Assembly (NCBI RefSeq): GCF_011386835.1
Contig: NC_088806.1
Coordinates: forward strand, 26,474,001 to 26,538,000
Origin: Chrysemys picta bellii
Lineage: Eukaryota
Length of the DNA stretch: 64,000 nt
Reading direction: 5' to 3'
The first letter of the stretch is position 1; each line of letters begins with the position of its first letter. Position numbers and translations under genes: made by a program. The notes under the pieces were generated by a model, which searched no databases, was not told where the DNA came from, and was given only the letters and a program-made list of their open reading frames with translations. Positions 13,652 through 24,708 of this stretch are shown here, in pieces.

Positions 13652-13998
13652 ATTAGAACTGGTCACATATTTTCAGTGGAAACTTTTTCATAAAAATGAA
13701 TACAATGTTTAAAAAAGAAGTGTCATTTCCAGGGGAAACATTCGTTTCCAATTATCTTTTTTCGGTTTTTCACTTAAAAAAAAAAATTAACCTTTTGGCA
13801 CCCAAAAAGTTTTGGCCACGACCTAAAAAAAAGTTTGTCCCCATTTTTTTGGGACTGGCACTTGCCAAAACCCAAACAATTGGGGAGTGCTGGTTTTTCA
13901 ATTAAAACCGGCCCTTTTTCTTTGACAGTTTTCAACAAACTATCATTTTTTTCCTTGGTCTGTTTCACGGAAACAAAACCCCACTTCCCAACCAGCAC
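13652..13998. mobile_element. AT-rich non-autonomous DNA-transposon-like repeat (ends tagaactggtc ... ccaaccagc)
   Basis: Sharp AT-rich island in GC-rich DNA; similar ends near 42156 and 51198-51490, similar composition at 17380-17740. Confidence 0.45.
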
Positions 13999-14117
13999 TG
14001 GAGGAGAGATGGGGCTTCTGAACACAGGGACTTAAATGGGTGGAGTGTGGACGGAAGCCAGAGGGTGAGAAAACGCCTCCAACAACATCACTGGAACACT
14101 AGTCACCTCTAGACAGA

Positions 14118-14123
14118 TTTATT
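14118..14123 (-). terminator. Candidate polyadenylation signal (AATAAA) of the unnamed gene
   Basis: tttatt on the + strand downstream of the predicted stop codon. Confidence 0.5.
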
Positions 14124-14870
14124 GGAGTGATGGTCACAGGCTTGGAGCCAGTGGGCAGGAGCAGCATTTGCTATACACAGCATTTAATCCTCACCTTCCC
14201 CATGCCTACCCCACACGTGGCCAGGAGGGAGAATTTCACTGATCCTTTTGTGTCCCACAGACCCTCCCCACCGGCTAGGGAGAGCATTTGACAGAGGCTG
14301 CTGGGTAGCCAGGGAGTAGCATGGCACCACAGCAAAGCAGGCAAGGAAAGGGATTCCCTTCAACTGCCTTCCATCCCCCTGCGTCAGAAGAGGAAACTGG
14401 TGCCTAATCCCACATTAGGGCAGGACCAACCCTTTCCCCCACCTAGAACAGAGCTGTGGAGTCCTTGACTCCCATTCCTGTTCTTGGAACACTGGTCCCT
14501 TGCCCCCACAGTGTAACCCGCTGCAGAGCAGGGAGATGACTGTATATACCCATCGCCCTATGTGCTTGTTTGGAACAAAGCAGGGTGCAAAGGGTTAAGG
14601 TATGGGGGAGGCAGTCCTTTCCTCTGCAGATGCTGCACCCCAACAAGACAGGCTGGCAAATGGTTCCAGCCCAGGAGACAGACACAACCATGCACTTCCA
14701 CGAGCACATTGCCAAGAGTGTGATAGGAACAGACGGATGGCCCGATTGGGAGAGAGGCACAGTATGGTAGCCTATTGCGCAGTGAGCGTCAGGCTGGCTG
14801 CTGTCCCTCCTGGGACGGAGCTCCCCTTCACAGCAGAACAGCACCCCACGAATCCATCCGCCCCAGATCT

Positions 14871-14884
14871 CTACCCGGAGGAAG
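14871..14884 (-). CDS. Unnamed secreted protein, predicted last coding exon (SSSG-stop)
   Basis: Acceptor tgtgttctcgttacag at 14885; phase 1 gives T|CT TCC TCC GGG TAG; AATAAA follows about 750 nt downstream. Read-through of exon 4 (CCK-stop) is an alternative ending. Confidence 0.55.
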
Positions 14885-15501
14885 CTGTAACGAGAACACA
14901 TTCAGACAATGGGCTGTTTGATGTTAGATTATCCTGACCCTCACCCTCCCACGTGCCCCATGTCAAGTCAAGGGTGCCACGCGAGCGCATCTGGACTGGC
15001 ACGCGACTAGCTTCTGCTCCTTGCCCCCCCTCTGCTCCATGGGCCAGCGAAGAGCAGCAGAGCGAAACTCACTTTCCTGCTCTGATCATGGAGCCAACTG
15101 CAAAACAAAAGTCGCCAATTGGGGAGTAACGCCAGCGCAGACAACAGAGTCATTCTGCATTACACAAGGCACAAAACGGACAAGCATTAGCCCCTTCCAT
15201 AGTGAGATCAGATTACTTAGATACCGCCCTCAGGGGCGCTCTGGAAAGGGCATGCCTCTCTGGGGTGGAACGTGGCAACTGAAAGCCGCCTGCACCAACA
15301 ATGCACCAGAGTTTAGGACAAGAGGTGAAGAAAGAAATTGACTAATTCTGTGGTCACAAACAGACCAGCCAAACCACACCCGTGCGGTGTCAGGCAGAAA
15401 ACCCAGGACCTTTAGGACCAAAGAACACCGGGGTTGACTACTACAGCTAAAGGAGAATCTCCATCAGAAGCAGCACATTAGGGCTTTTACTCTATGGGGA
15501 G

Positions 15502-15520
15502 TAGCCACTAGGGGGTGCCA
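15502..15520 (+). promoter_or_regulatory. CTCF-like motif TAGCCACTAGGGGGTGCCA
   Basis: Close match to the CTCF core CCACYAGGGGGCGC, with one CpG-to-TpG type change. Confidence 0.55.
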
Positions 15521-15673
15521 TGATCACACATGCACAGGGGAGCAAGTCCAATACATTCCACCCAGCACAGGGCAGCAATTGTGTTGCAATAGGATGGGAG
15601 CAGCAAGGAAGTCCCATCAGGTTGTCTAGGGAGGCAGCTCCCTCTGACTGCTGGACAGGGAGAAGTCACTTAC

Positions 15674-15877
15674 AGCAGGGGATGTAGCAGTCACACTCGC
15701 AGAAGTCACAGCGCGCGAACCAGCGGGTCCAGCCCCACTGCTTGGTGACGCAGTTGGAGATCTTGATGCAGCCGTGTCTGAGGAAGGCCCCGAGGTGAGC
15801 CTTGTCCGTGCAAGTGGAGGAGCAGCTGCCATCGATGTCCCGCTCGTTAATCTCAATCCGGCCCCGCAGGCATATCC
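15674..15877 (-). CDS. Unnamed secreted protein, exon 4: 10-Cys module ICLRGRIEINERDIDGSCSSTCTDKAHLGAFLRHGCIKISNCVTKQWGWTRWFARCDFCECDCYIPC
   Basis: 204-nt phase 1-1 exon with NAGNAG acceptor (cagcag, 15883-15878) and perfect donor T|GTAAGT; GC3-rich codons. It has no ATG of its own in this frame, so the ORF track missed it. Confidence 0.85.
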
Positions 15878-16455
15878 CTGCTGGGGAGAGACAGCAGCCC
15901 TGTTACCCCGGGGCTGGGGGGAGGCACTGAGAACAGAGCCTGGGAGTTATTAGCATGCGGCTGGGCATGGTTACCAGAGCAATGGGCTGGTCTCTCAGGG
16001 CTGATGAGGCATCAGGCTGCCAATGACACCAGCACCCCGGGTTCCAATAACCTGCCCTGCAGCCTTTTAGCTCACAGGTCCCCAAGCCGGGCAGGCCCAG
16101 CACATTCTCCAGAGCTTGCAACACCCCCAAGGGAGCGAGGTAAAGCTGATGGTGCAGCCCCAGGCTGGGATAGGAGAGCGACACTCCACTCTCCCCCTGC
16201 TCCTGACTGCAGAGGGGTGGGGGAGCAGAGGTATTTCCTCCATTAGCCCCCTCCCCGCCACACATCAGGGATGTCTGAACAGAGCTCACCCAGTGCAGCC
16301 AGACCTGCAGACCACGCTGTCTCCCATGTGGAAAACTGACAAATAAGGGGCACTCCAGCCACCGCTGTGATACAGCCACCTCTGGGGTGGAACATTAGCT
16401 CCTCCCAATCCTACCCGTTTTACTGCCCATCGGTGCTGCACGGCGCAGTACTCAC

Positions 16456-16623
16456 GGAGGCAGGTGGGTTTAGGTGTCCAGTGGCCATCGGACTGGCAAG
16501 CACTGGCCGGGTCCCCCACCAGCAGGAAGCCGGGCCGGCAGCCGTAGCGCACCACAGAGCCCACCCACCAGTCGTTGCCGTAGACCATGGAATTGAAGTC
16601 TGCCTCTGGCCGCCCGCAGTTCA
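16456..16623 (-). CDS. Unnamed secreted protein, exon 3: sushi/CCP domain VNCGRPEADFNSMVYGNDWWVGSVVRYGCRPGFLLVGDPASACQSDGHWTPKPTCL
   Basis: 168-nt phase 1-1 exon (acceptor tttctcttctcag, donor C|GTGAGT); canonical CCP pattern C..P / G..V.Y.C..GF.L.G / C..DG.W / P.C. Confidence 0.92.
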
Positions 16624-17279
16624 CTGAGAAGAGAAAGGTCCCCGGTGGACGGTGCAGGTTGGAAGTGTGAAGGTATCGCCACCACCCCAGAGACCAAAGG
16701 GGCACCAGAAAGCAGCATGCCATGGGTACATGCCTGGCATCATTGGGGTGCCAAGGGCTGCTGGCATAATTCCACAGCCCCAGAAAGATGCCAAGGGAAC
16801 ATACCAGATCCGGGGGGGGGGGGCATGCTGGGCATAGGGTCTGGATCCCCAAGAGATGGCAATAGCATACGCTATGGATGACAAGAGTATATAGCTCCTG
16901 GGATCCGTGATGGCCAGGGTATCTGCTACCAGTGCTGGTAAACTGCTCGGGGTACGTGACATGGAACCTAAATGAATGCTAGGATGCCAGGAGCTGTAGG
17001 TAGATGCTCCAGATCCCAGAGAGGATCCATTGGTCCATCTCCCGGATGCCAGGAGGCCAAGGATACAGAGATGTTGCATCAACCCCCCCAGCCTGCTCCA
17101 GGACACAGTCTTGTTGCATTAACCTTGTCAACACCTTGTGATGCCAACAGCTGCTGTAATTCCTTGCCAAGGGGCCCCTCAGGAAATGACCCATACTTCT
17201 CGCTCCCCAGATGCCCCCAAAATCCTCCAGGCCAAAGACAGCTTTTGATGGAGAGAAGAAGGGCTTTCAGGGTCATATA

Positions 17280-17370
17280 GAGAGAGATGTATGTATATGT
17301 TGTGTGTATATAAAAACTATACACACACACAAATATATATATATATATATATACACACATACACACACAA
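17280..17370. repeat. Compound (GA)/(TA)/(CA) microsatellite
   Basis: Read directly. Confidence 0.9.
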
Positions 17371-17980
17371 AACAAACAGGTTTGAATTGAACCAAAACCA
17401 TTGTTTTTTTTTTTTTAATCTCATCAAATAATAAAACAATTCATTTCAAATCAACCAAAATGTTTTGGGTTGACTTGATGTGAAATTTTTTCATTTCAAT
17501 TCACCATTTGACATGTCCACCCCCCACCCCACCCTTTACAATTTTTTAAAAAAATTGGACAAATTTGAGAACCAAATGCCACGTTGAAACAAACGAACAA
17601 CCCCTTTAAACAAAGCATTTCAACTTCAAACAAATCTGGGTTTTCCCCCGTGGAAGCTATTCATTGAGTTCAACCGAAATTTGCAGATCGTTCCAGAGAC
17701 ACACACAAAATTCATGTTTTCAGCCAAATTTCTATTTGTCAAAATAAATGCACCAGTGGCTGCTACAGGAGACAGCCTCCCACACATGAAAATCCCCTGC
17801 CTCCGGGGGACTTGGGACAGCGGCTGCCATAGTTGGTCTCCGTCTCCCCTCCTCACTCACAGCCACCCCCCCCCCCTCCAATTCAGGCATGTCTGAGTCT
17901 GTTTGGGTTGAGATCAGTCCCGCACAGTCCCTCCCCCACCAAGCTCAGCCTCTCCTTTCTCTCCCCCTGGCACCGTGTAC

Positions 17981-18115
17981 CTCGACAGAAGGATTTGTAT
18001 CCCAACCAGCAGCAGCTGCCGTTCCCACACTGGCTCCTCTTCAGCTCCTTGTGTTTCCCTTTGCAGCCCCCCATGCAGATGGGGGCCGTGCCAGACCAGT
18101 ACGTGTCCAAGCTTC
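17981..18115 (-). CDS. Unnamed secreted protein, exon 2: 6-Cys module SLDTYWSGTAPICMGGCKGKHKELKRSQCGNGSCCWLGYKSFCR
   Basis: 135-nt phase 1-1 exon; acceptor ttctgcccctccag, donor GAG|GTACAC; open frame with an even Cys count. Confidence 0.85.
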
Positions 18116-18295
18116 CTGGAGGGGCAGAACAACAGGGAGAGATGGGCTGGGGCCTCTCTCCTCTCCCAGGTCCCAGGGCACCCCCACGATTCTGTCCCCA
18201 CCCCCAACCCCCATTCTCTTTCCCAGCTGGGCCAGCAGCAGCACTGAGCCTGCCAGGGTGTGTCTACACTGCAGCTGGCGCAAGCCTCCCAGCTC

Positions 18296-18671
18296 CCACC
18301 AAATGAAATTAATGGGCAGCAGGTATAAAACAAATAAAAGGAAGCTCTTCTTCACACAGCGCACAGTCAACCTCTGGAACTCCTTGCCTGAGGAGGTTGT
18401 GAAGGCTAGGACTATAACAGGGTTTAAAAGAGAACTAGATAAATTCATGGCAGTTAAGTCCATTAATGGCTATTAGCCAGGATGGGTAAGGAATGGTGTC
18501 CCTAGCCTCTGTTTGTCAGAGAATGGAGATGGATGGCAGGAGAGAGATCACTTGATGGATACCTGTTAGGTTTACTCCCTCTGGGGCACCTGGCATTGGC
18601 CACTGTTGGCAGACAGGATACTGGGCTGGATGGACCTTTGGTCTGACCCAGTGTGGCCGTTCTTATGTTCT
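18296..18671 (+). mobile_element. CR1 LINE 3' fragment (ORF2 C-terminus plus 3' UTR) in intron 1 of the unnamed gene
   Basis: FFTQRTVNLWNSLPEEVV...FKRELDKFM is a typical CR1 ORF2 end; tail ttcttatgttct. Confidence 0.9.
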
Positions 18672-19741
18672 CAAGCAGGTATTGGGGGCGGTGGGGGACA
18701 CTGAGGCATAGACTAAGGGAATGATTTGCCCAAGGCCACGAGGAGTCATTGGCAGAGCTGGGGATAGAACCCAGGAGCCCTGGCTCCCATGGCATTTATG
18801 GCACATCTGATTGACAGGCCTGAGATCTGATGCCCCCCTCTTTATCCTCCAGAGAGGTGCAGCCCGAGCAGGAGCAGCTCAAACTGATCCTGCCAACAGG
18901 TCTCAGCCCTGCCATGGCATTCCCAGTGGCTTTTCTGACGCTGCCAACAAGGGACTCTCACTGCAGGTGGCACCTGCATTTCCTGGCTGCTTGAGGGACT
19001 GGCAAAGTTGCACCCTGAGAATGGTGCAAGGGTCTGGAAGCAGTGAGTGGTGGGAGTATCGGGGCCCTGCCGAGAGTGCCAACACCAGCAGGTCCAGATC
19101 AGCACCAGAACCTCCCACCCAGCCTGGGGCATGCCAGGGAGATGAGACGGACCCTGGCATCAGACTCTGTTTGGAGAAGCGACTCCTGCCCTCTCCAGTG
19201 ACGGGGAAGTGAAAGAGAAGGAGCACAGAGCTCCTCTGCCCCCGAGGGGCAGGGATGACTCAAGGCTGCCAGCCTTGCCAGACAAAATCTATGGTGGGGA
19301 GTCTGGGATTGACAAGGAGAAATGGCAGGACAGGAATAGTGGATCTTTCCCAGCTCTGGGCAAAGACTGGGGTGGGCACAGTTTCAGTGTGATGCCACCA
19401 TCAGCTTTGTGGTATGGGAGAAGGGGGTGACCTCCCACTGTGCCCTGACACAAAGGGTGGGGTCTGCTTAGAGCATTGCCAGCTCCAGGAGGGTGTCTGA
19501 GAAAGCACAAGCAGCGACCCTCCCCCCCCTTTCCTTGGTGGATCCCAGCAGGACTAGCTCAGCTTCTGGGCCAGGGACTCCGCTCAGACTGCAGAGCTGC
19601 TGCCCTATGACCAAAGCAAAGCTGCTCTTCCCCGCAAGGACACCGACCAGAACTGGCTGGATCCCAACACAGCTGGCTCCCTCCCAGTGGCTCTTGGGCA
19701 CCATACCGTGTGCAGCAAACGCCTCCTGCTCCGTTCCTTAC

Positions 19742-19805
19742 CTTCCTCCTCCTCACCAGAGCCAAACCCAGCCAGCGTGACTAAGATGAGGAGTCCCAGC
19801 TCCAT
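19742..19805 (-). CDS. Unnamed secreted sushi-domain protein, exon 1: signal peptide MELGLLILVTLAGFGSG(EEEEG)
   Basis: ACC-ATG-G Kozak at 19805 (in-frame upstream ATG at 19814); hydrophobic core; two phase-1 donors, TCTG|GTGAGG (19757) and GAAG|GTAAGG (19742), both in frame with exon 2. Confidence 0.75.
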
Positions 19806-21082
19806 GGTGCTCATCGCAGGCCCAGTCCAGTGCCCTCTCCACACGCTGCCCTCCTTCTACGGTTCCCGTCCTTCGCCCACTGGCCTCGGACTCCAGCTTT
19901 CAAAAGACCTGGAGTATTTGCTTTTCCATCTCCCCCTCGCCCAGGGGATGTTGGCCGGGCTGAGCTAGCGGCCAGCAGGGTCTGGCACTGTCCTGACCCA
20001 GCCTTCCCATGGAGGAGGGGAACTTCGCTTCCATCTGCTCAGGACAGAGGCACCTTACAGGTCCGGTAGCTAGGGGAGGGGGGATTGGAGGAAGAGGCTT
20101 CCTTTAATCCCCATTCTCTCTTCCCTGCACATAATCCTCTTGGCAAAGCGATTACCTTTTTGCAGCTTCTGCTGTGGCTGCAGCAATTAAAGACCCCAGA
20201 GGCCACAGTCCCACAGAGGAGCACCAGTAACGTTTCTGACTCGGCCCTACAATATTTCCTGACCTTAGGTTCTATTGGTCCATGCCAGGGACAGGCGGGG
20301 CACTGCCCATATATCCACCTGTGGAGCCCCAGGTTCCTTGACCTGAGTAGTGCCATGGAAAGGAGCTGGAGCCATCCCGGTTCACTGCAGCTCTTGGCAC
20401 AGATTCGGTTCTACCAGGTGCCGGCTGGGCTCTGTTGCCTGGAATGCTCTTGCTGCGAAGGCATCCCTCGGTACAGCTGATCAGAACCAGGTTACGCCAG
20501 GCATACAAAATGGGACACAGCTAGCTGAAAGGTGGAAACTAACCTTTGACCTCTGGGGCACGCACGGGTGCCTCCCTGTCCAGTCCCCTCTCAGCCTGGA
20601 TGCGAGAGCTGAACCTCTATGGAGGCACTGTTCTGCTCTCAAGGGCCATGAGGAGCAGCTCGCTGCATGAGCGCTCAAGGGAATTTAGAGCCAGCTCGGC
20701 AACCTGGAAATCCTCCAGCCATCCATGCCACATTTACAGCATGGGCAGGGCAGGCTTCCCCATGCCTCCTGGCAGCGTGCTTCTCCCCAGCCTTGTGACT
20801 CCACATCTATAGGACACAGTGTCCAGGGCCCATTCACACCTTTGTTCCCTCTGCAGAGGCTACGTGCCAGTTGTGAAGGGGTGTGCACGCACAGTGCCGA
20901 TCTCTGTCTGTAGGGAACCAGACTGAGAAACCCCTTTGACACAGGCCTCCAAACCACTCGAGGATTTTGATCACGACTGTCTGAACTATTTCCACAGGGG
21001 TTGTGTTCCCTGACCACCTCCGCTTGGGAACGCTTTGTCCAACAGACACTCACTCTCCTTCCCACCTCCCCGCTTATACTTA

Positions 21083-21338
21083 GGCCTGGTCTACGCTCAA
21101 AAGTTACATTGGCATAAGTACGTCAGGCAGGGGTGTGAAGAAACCAAGCCTGACTGGCATAGCTAGGCCGACAAAACCCCAGTGTAGACACAGCTATGTG
21201 GACGGAAGAACGCTTCCATTGACACGGCTAGCTGTTCACAGAGGTGGTGTCCTACATAAGCAAACGCCTTCCGGTGACACAGGCTGCGTCTATGTTATGG
21301 GGCAATGCTGGTATAATCTCCATAGCAAGGGCATACCC
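21083..21338. mobile_element. PIF/Harbinger-type non-autonomous element
   Basis: Ends ggcctggtctac ... gggcataccc; TTA on both sides. Confidence 0.7.
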
Positions 21339-22064
21339 TTAGTATGTGAAGGACAAGACACCAATGCGAGTGTCTACACTCTGAATAAAGAACATCCCTT
21401 TGGGTGCTGCCCTCCACCACCTCCTGCTGTCAGGAGGCAACTGTGAATTATGCTCTTACTGGATTTGTCATTAGAAAGTGAGCAGATGGCTGGGGGTTTA
21501 ACATAAAGTGATTTCTCCATTGAAATAACCTGGAACTCCAGTGGCTTTTGCTCTGCTGAACGACACTAGCAGGGAACGGGAAAGGCGGCAGCCACCATGC
21601 CACAGTGGCTGCTGAGGCCACAATCCCCCTGTGTTGCTGGAGGATGGTCCATTGAGCCTACACACAGTAATTGCTTCCCTGAGTCATAAGCAGAGCAAGA
21701 TACCTGGCTTCTGTGCACCTGCTGCATGAAACCGACTCCCTGGCTCCCTTCAGGGTCCCTCAATTCAGGGCTCTCCCGTGAGCCAGCAAGAATCCTGCCC
21801 CAAGTATTGCCACCGGCAAATCCCTAATGGCAGAGCGACTGGGAAAACCCCCCACCGAGCATGCCAGCGCTACAGGCTCAGCAGGGCACTGCAACACCTT
21901 GCTCAGGTTAGGACAGGAAGTAAAGAAAAATCCTGTATCCAGTAGAAACTGGAGGGAGGTAAAATGGCACCTTGGGATGTTTTAATGAGCACAAGTGCAT
22001 TATCCAAAAGAGGGAGCCTCCAGGTGGGGAACTTGCTTTGTGGGATGAGTATCCATATCACATT

Positions 22065-22111
22065 GGTTTCCTAGAAGTCTCCCATCCAAGCCCTGACACA
22101 GGCTGGCCCTG
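22065..22111 (-). repeat. 5S rRNA-derived fragment (probable 5S-SINE head)
   Basis: The reverse strand contains cttggatgggagac (5S box C region) within about 47 nt alignable to vertebrate 5S rRNA. Confidence 0.5.
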
Positions 22112-23861
22112 AGCAGAAGGGCAGAGTTACACCAGTTCAACTTAAGTTGCGATTTTAAACCATTTAGTTAATCCAGTGCCAAAGGCCACGTGGACACTGA
22201 TTAGGGTTTAAACCAGGATTCCTGCAGTTTAGCTGAAGTCAATTCAGACCACGTTTAAAAAAAACCAAAATGCCCCCCTTAAACTGAAATAAGAGCTTCT
22301 CACACAGGGGTTTGCCCTGCTTTAACCGAAGCAGTGCTGATGCGCCCGCTGACAGCCCCTCAGCCTGGGAAGGCCCGTCAGAGGCGGGCAGAGAACGGTA
22401 ATCCTGCTCCGTGGAGGATCCTGAGTTTTCAAAAAGAAAACCCCAAATTTCAAAATCCTCCACAAGCCAGAATGAGATCATTTTCCACCTAGCAATACGG
22501 GAGCCCCTGCTCCATGGCAGGGATCTGGGCTGCCGTGAAGCCCTGAGCTGGGCTCTTAGCTCTTCCAAGCTCCTTGTCAGTCTGCCAGGCAGGCAGGTTT
22601 CAGCACAAACCGAAACCTTCCATGGCCCCAGATGCAGCTGGCAGAGGCCGTCTTTGCTGCACCCTCAGTAACAGGAGGCAGCTCCCCAGTAAGACGAGCT
22701 CCATAATACACTGGTTAAGGCGATTACAGCTGTCCTGGGAGAGCAGCAGGTGCCCCCGTTAGCGGGGTCATCTTGGAGCAGGGAAGGTTATTCCAGGATT
22801 AGAAAGAGCACAGCACCTCCAAGGGAACTGATCACCACCAGAGCCCGTCTACCAGTCCGAGGGTGGGACAGGGCTTCCCATTTACCTGCACTTTACAGCC
22901 ATGTTCCTGCCACATCCCAGTAGGATGGGGTCAGGCTGTCAAGCAACTAGAACCAACCCAAGCTAGACAATAGCAATCTGCAATGGACCTGCTAAAAACT
23001 GCCCCCAGCATGATGTTAACGAGTGATGTTTGACTAGTGCCTTTCATCCAACAACAAACTTTTGAAGAGGACCTCACTTTGTCCGTCCCTGAAATGCACC
23101 CAACTATGGGAGGAAACACAGCACTATTTGATTCCCCGCAACACTACGATATAATGCCTCAGGAAAGGAAGACCAGAACTGTGTCCTCCACTGAAATGGT
23201 GAGGAGGATTAGAGGCTCGGGGGACCATAATTACCCTTGCTGGAGGTTAGCCAGGACAGAGACCACTTAACGAGCATGGCATGTCAACACCTCACTGATG
23301 AGGGTATTGCAAATGCAGCTAATGACGACTTGGACAGCAGGAGGGTTGCAGAGTTGTCTCCCCAGTCTACAAACGGAAGTTTAGAACGGAGACCCTTTGG
23401 GATCCCAGGAGAGAAAGCAGCCAGCTAGCACAGCTTGGTCCCATGGTAGAGACTTGCTTGCAAGTCGACAGTGATTCCTATGTTAAAGCAAGTAAAGGTC
23501 TCTGGGTCAACGGGAATGGCTGAGTTGTCCATGTGCAGGGAAGAAGGTTGGGGGAGCGCTATCTCCAATCTGATGAGACAGTGTGCGTATAGAAAGCTAT
23601 GGGAGGCACAGAGTAAAAGTAGACGCTCCTATGCCAAAGCTGGGGATTCCGGCTGCATGAAGGTGGCCGTGTGTGTCACTGGACATGCCACAGAGATGTG
23701 GTAAGAGCTCAAGTGTCACCTGCACCACAAGGATCTGGTCACTAAAATCCCTAACTGCTTGGTCTCATCCCTGCACTAGGGCACGCGAGAGCCACATTGA
23801 CGGGGCCATGGCAGACACCACACAGTTGCACCCTGACCTGGCACACAAGACTTTTAATTAA

Positions 23862-23873
23862 TTTATTTTTATT
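23862..23873 (-). terminator. Tandem AATAAA polyadenylation signals of HINFP
   Basis: tttatttttatt on +, about 840 nt downstream of the stop codon. Confidence 0.75.
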
Positions 23874-24708
23874 ATAAAAGCACTTACTTTGTACAGCCAG
23901 GAGCCCAGGCCCCAATGTGGGGAAAGCCCTGAGCAAGAACCCGAGGGGAGAATGAAGGCCGCACAAAGGTCCCCGAGTGTTGAGAAGGGCCCCCCAGTTT
24001 ACACCAGCTCCCCAGCAGTGCATGGGGGAGAAGCAACCTGCAAAAGGACAAATGGACCCTTCGGCTGCTCAGATCAACAAGGGGATGGGGCAGTGTCAAT
24101 GCAAATACTGATAAGGGACCTGTTTGAGCGAGCTAGGACGTGACTGAGACAGGGTCAGGGCGTCTTGTTCACCCAAGGGCAACGAGATACTGGACAGAAC
24201 GAGCCTGTTTAAGGCCAAACAGCATCTCAGCAGGCAAGCCAATCCACCTGCAGCTCCAAAGGAGTGGAGGTTCTGGCTGAGCACAGGACTCTCAGCGAGC
24301 ACAGGGACTGAGCCTCTTAGCAGGAGTCTGACCCTTCTGCCACGGACCTTTGGGGTGGTGGTGGGGGGAACACAGCCCAAACCTCTCCCCATGGGATGGA
24401 GGGTACTGAATCCCCAGCTCGAATCCCCTTTCCTGCCATGAGAATATCTAAGGCTGCTCCCAGCATCCACTGCCACCTTCCTCTCCGAGGCTGGTGCAAG
24501 GGAGATCGCTCCCTCTCTCCCACCGGGCGCTGACCGGACATGCCCAGAACCTTCCCGCAGGCAGCCAACTCCTCTGGTCTATAATCAAGGACGTGGAAGG
24601 ACCCTAGCACGGTGATGGGGAGTGCTTGTGATTCCATCCCTGCCCTCCCAAGCAGGAGAGAGACCTGAATTTCTTTAAGCCAAAGTGCAGGGAGGCAGCA
24701 CCGGCATC

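Noticed and set aside
14443-14901. 152-aa Cys-containing minus-strand ORF as a further exon of the unnamed gene
   Set aside because: It is in a different frame from the phase-1 splice at 14884, which stops after four codons, and has no domain pattern; treated as 3' UTR.
17981-18115. Beta-defensin identity for the 6-Cys exon
   Set aside because: The CC pair is followed by another Cys, and the spacing differs from C-x6-C-x4-C-x9-C-x6-CC.
19797-19813. REST/NRSE-like sequence at the start codon of the unnamed gene
   Set aside because: Both half-sites deviate (AGCTCC versus CTGTCC; GGTGCTCA versus GGTGCTGA) and the stretch is explained by the Kozak and coding context.
22930-23760. Several 60-80-aa ORFs downstream of the HINFP polyA site, possibly a transposon remnant or extra gene
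   Set aside because: No recognisable motif, consistent splice pattern or terminal repeats.
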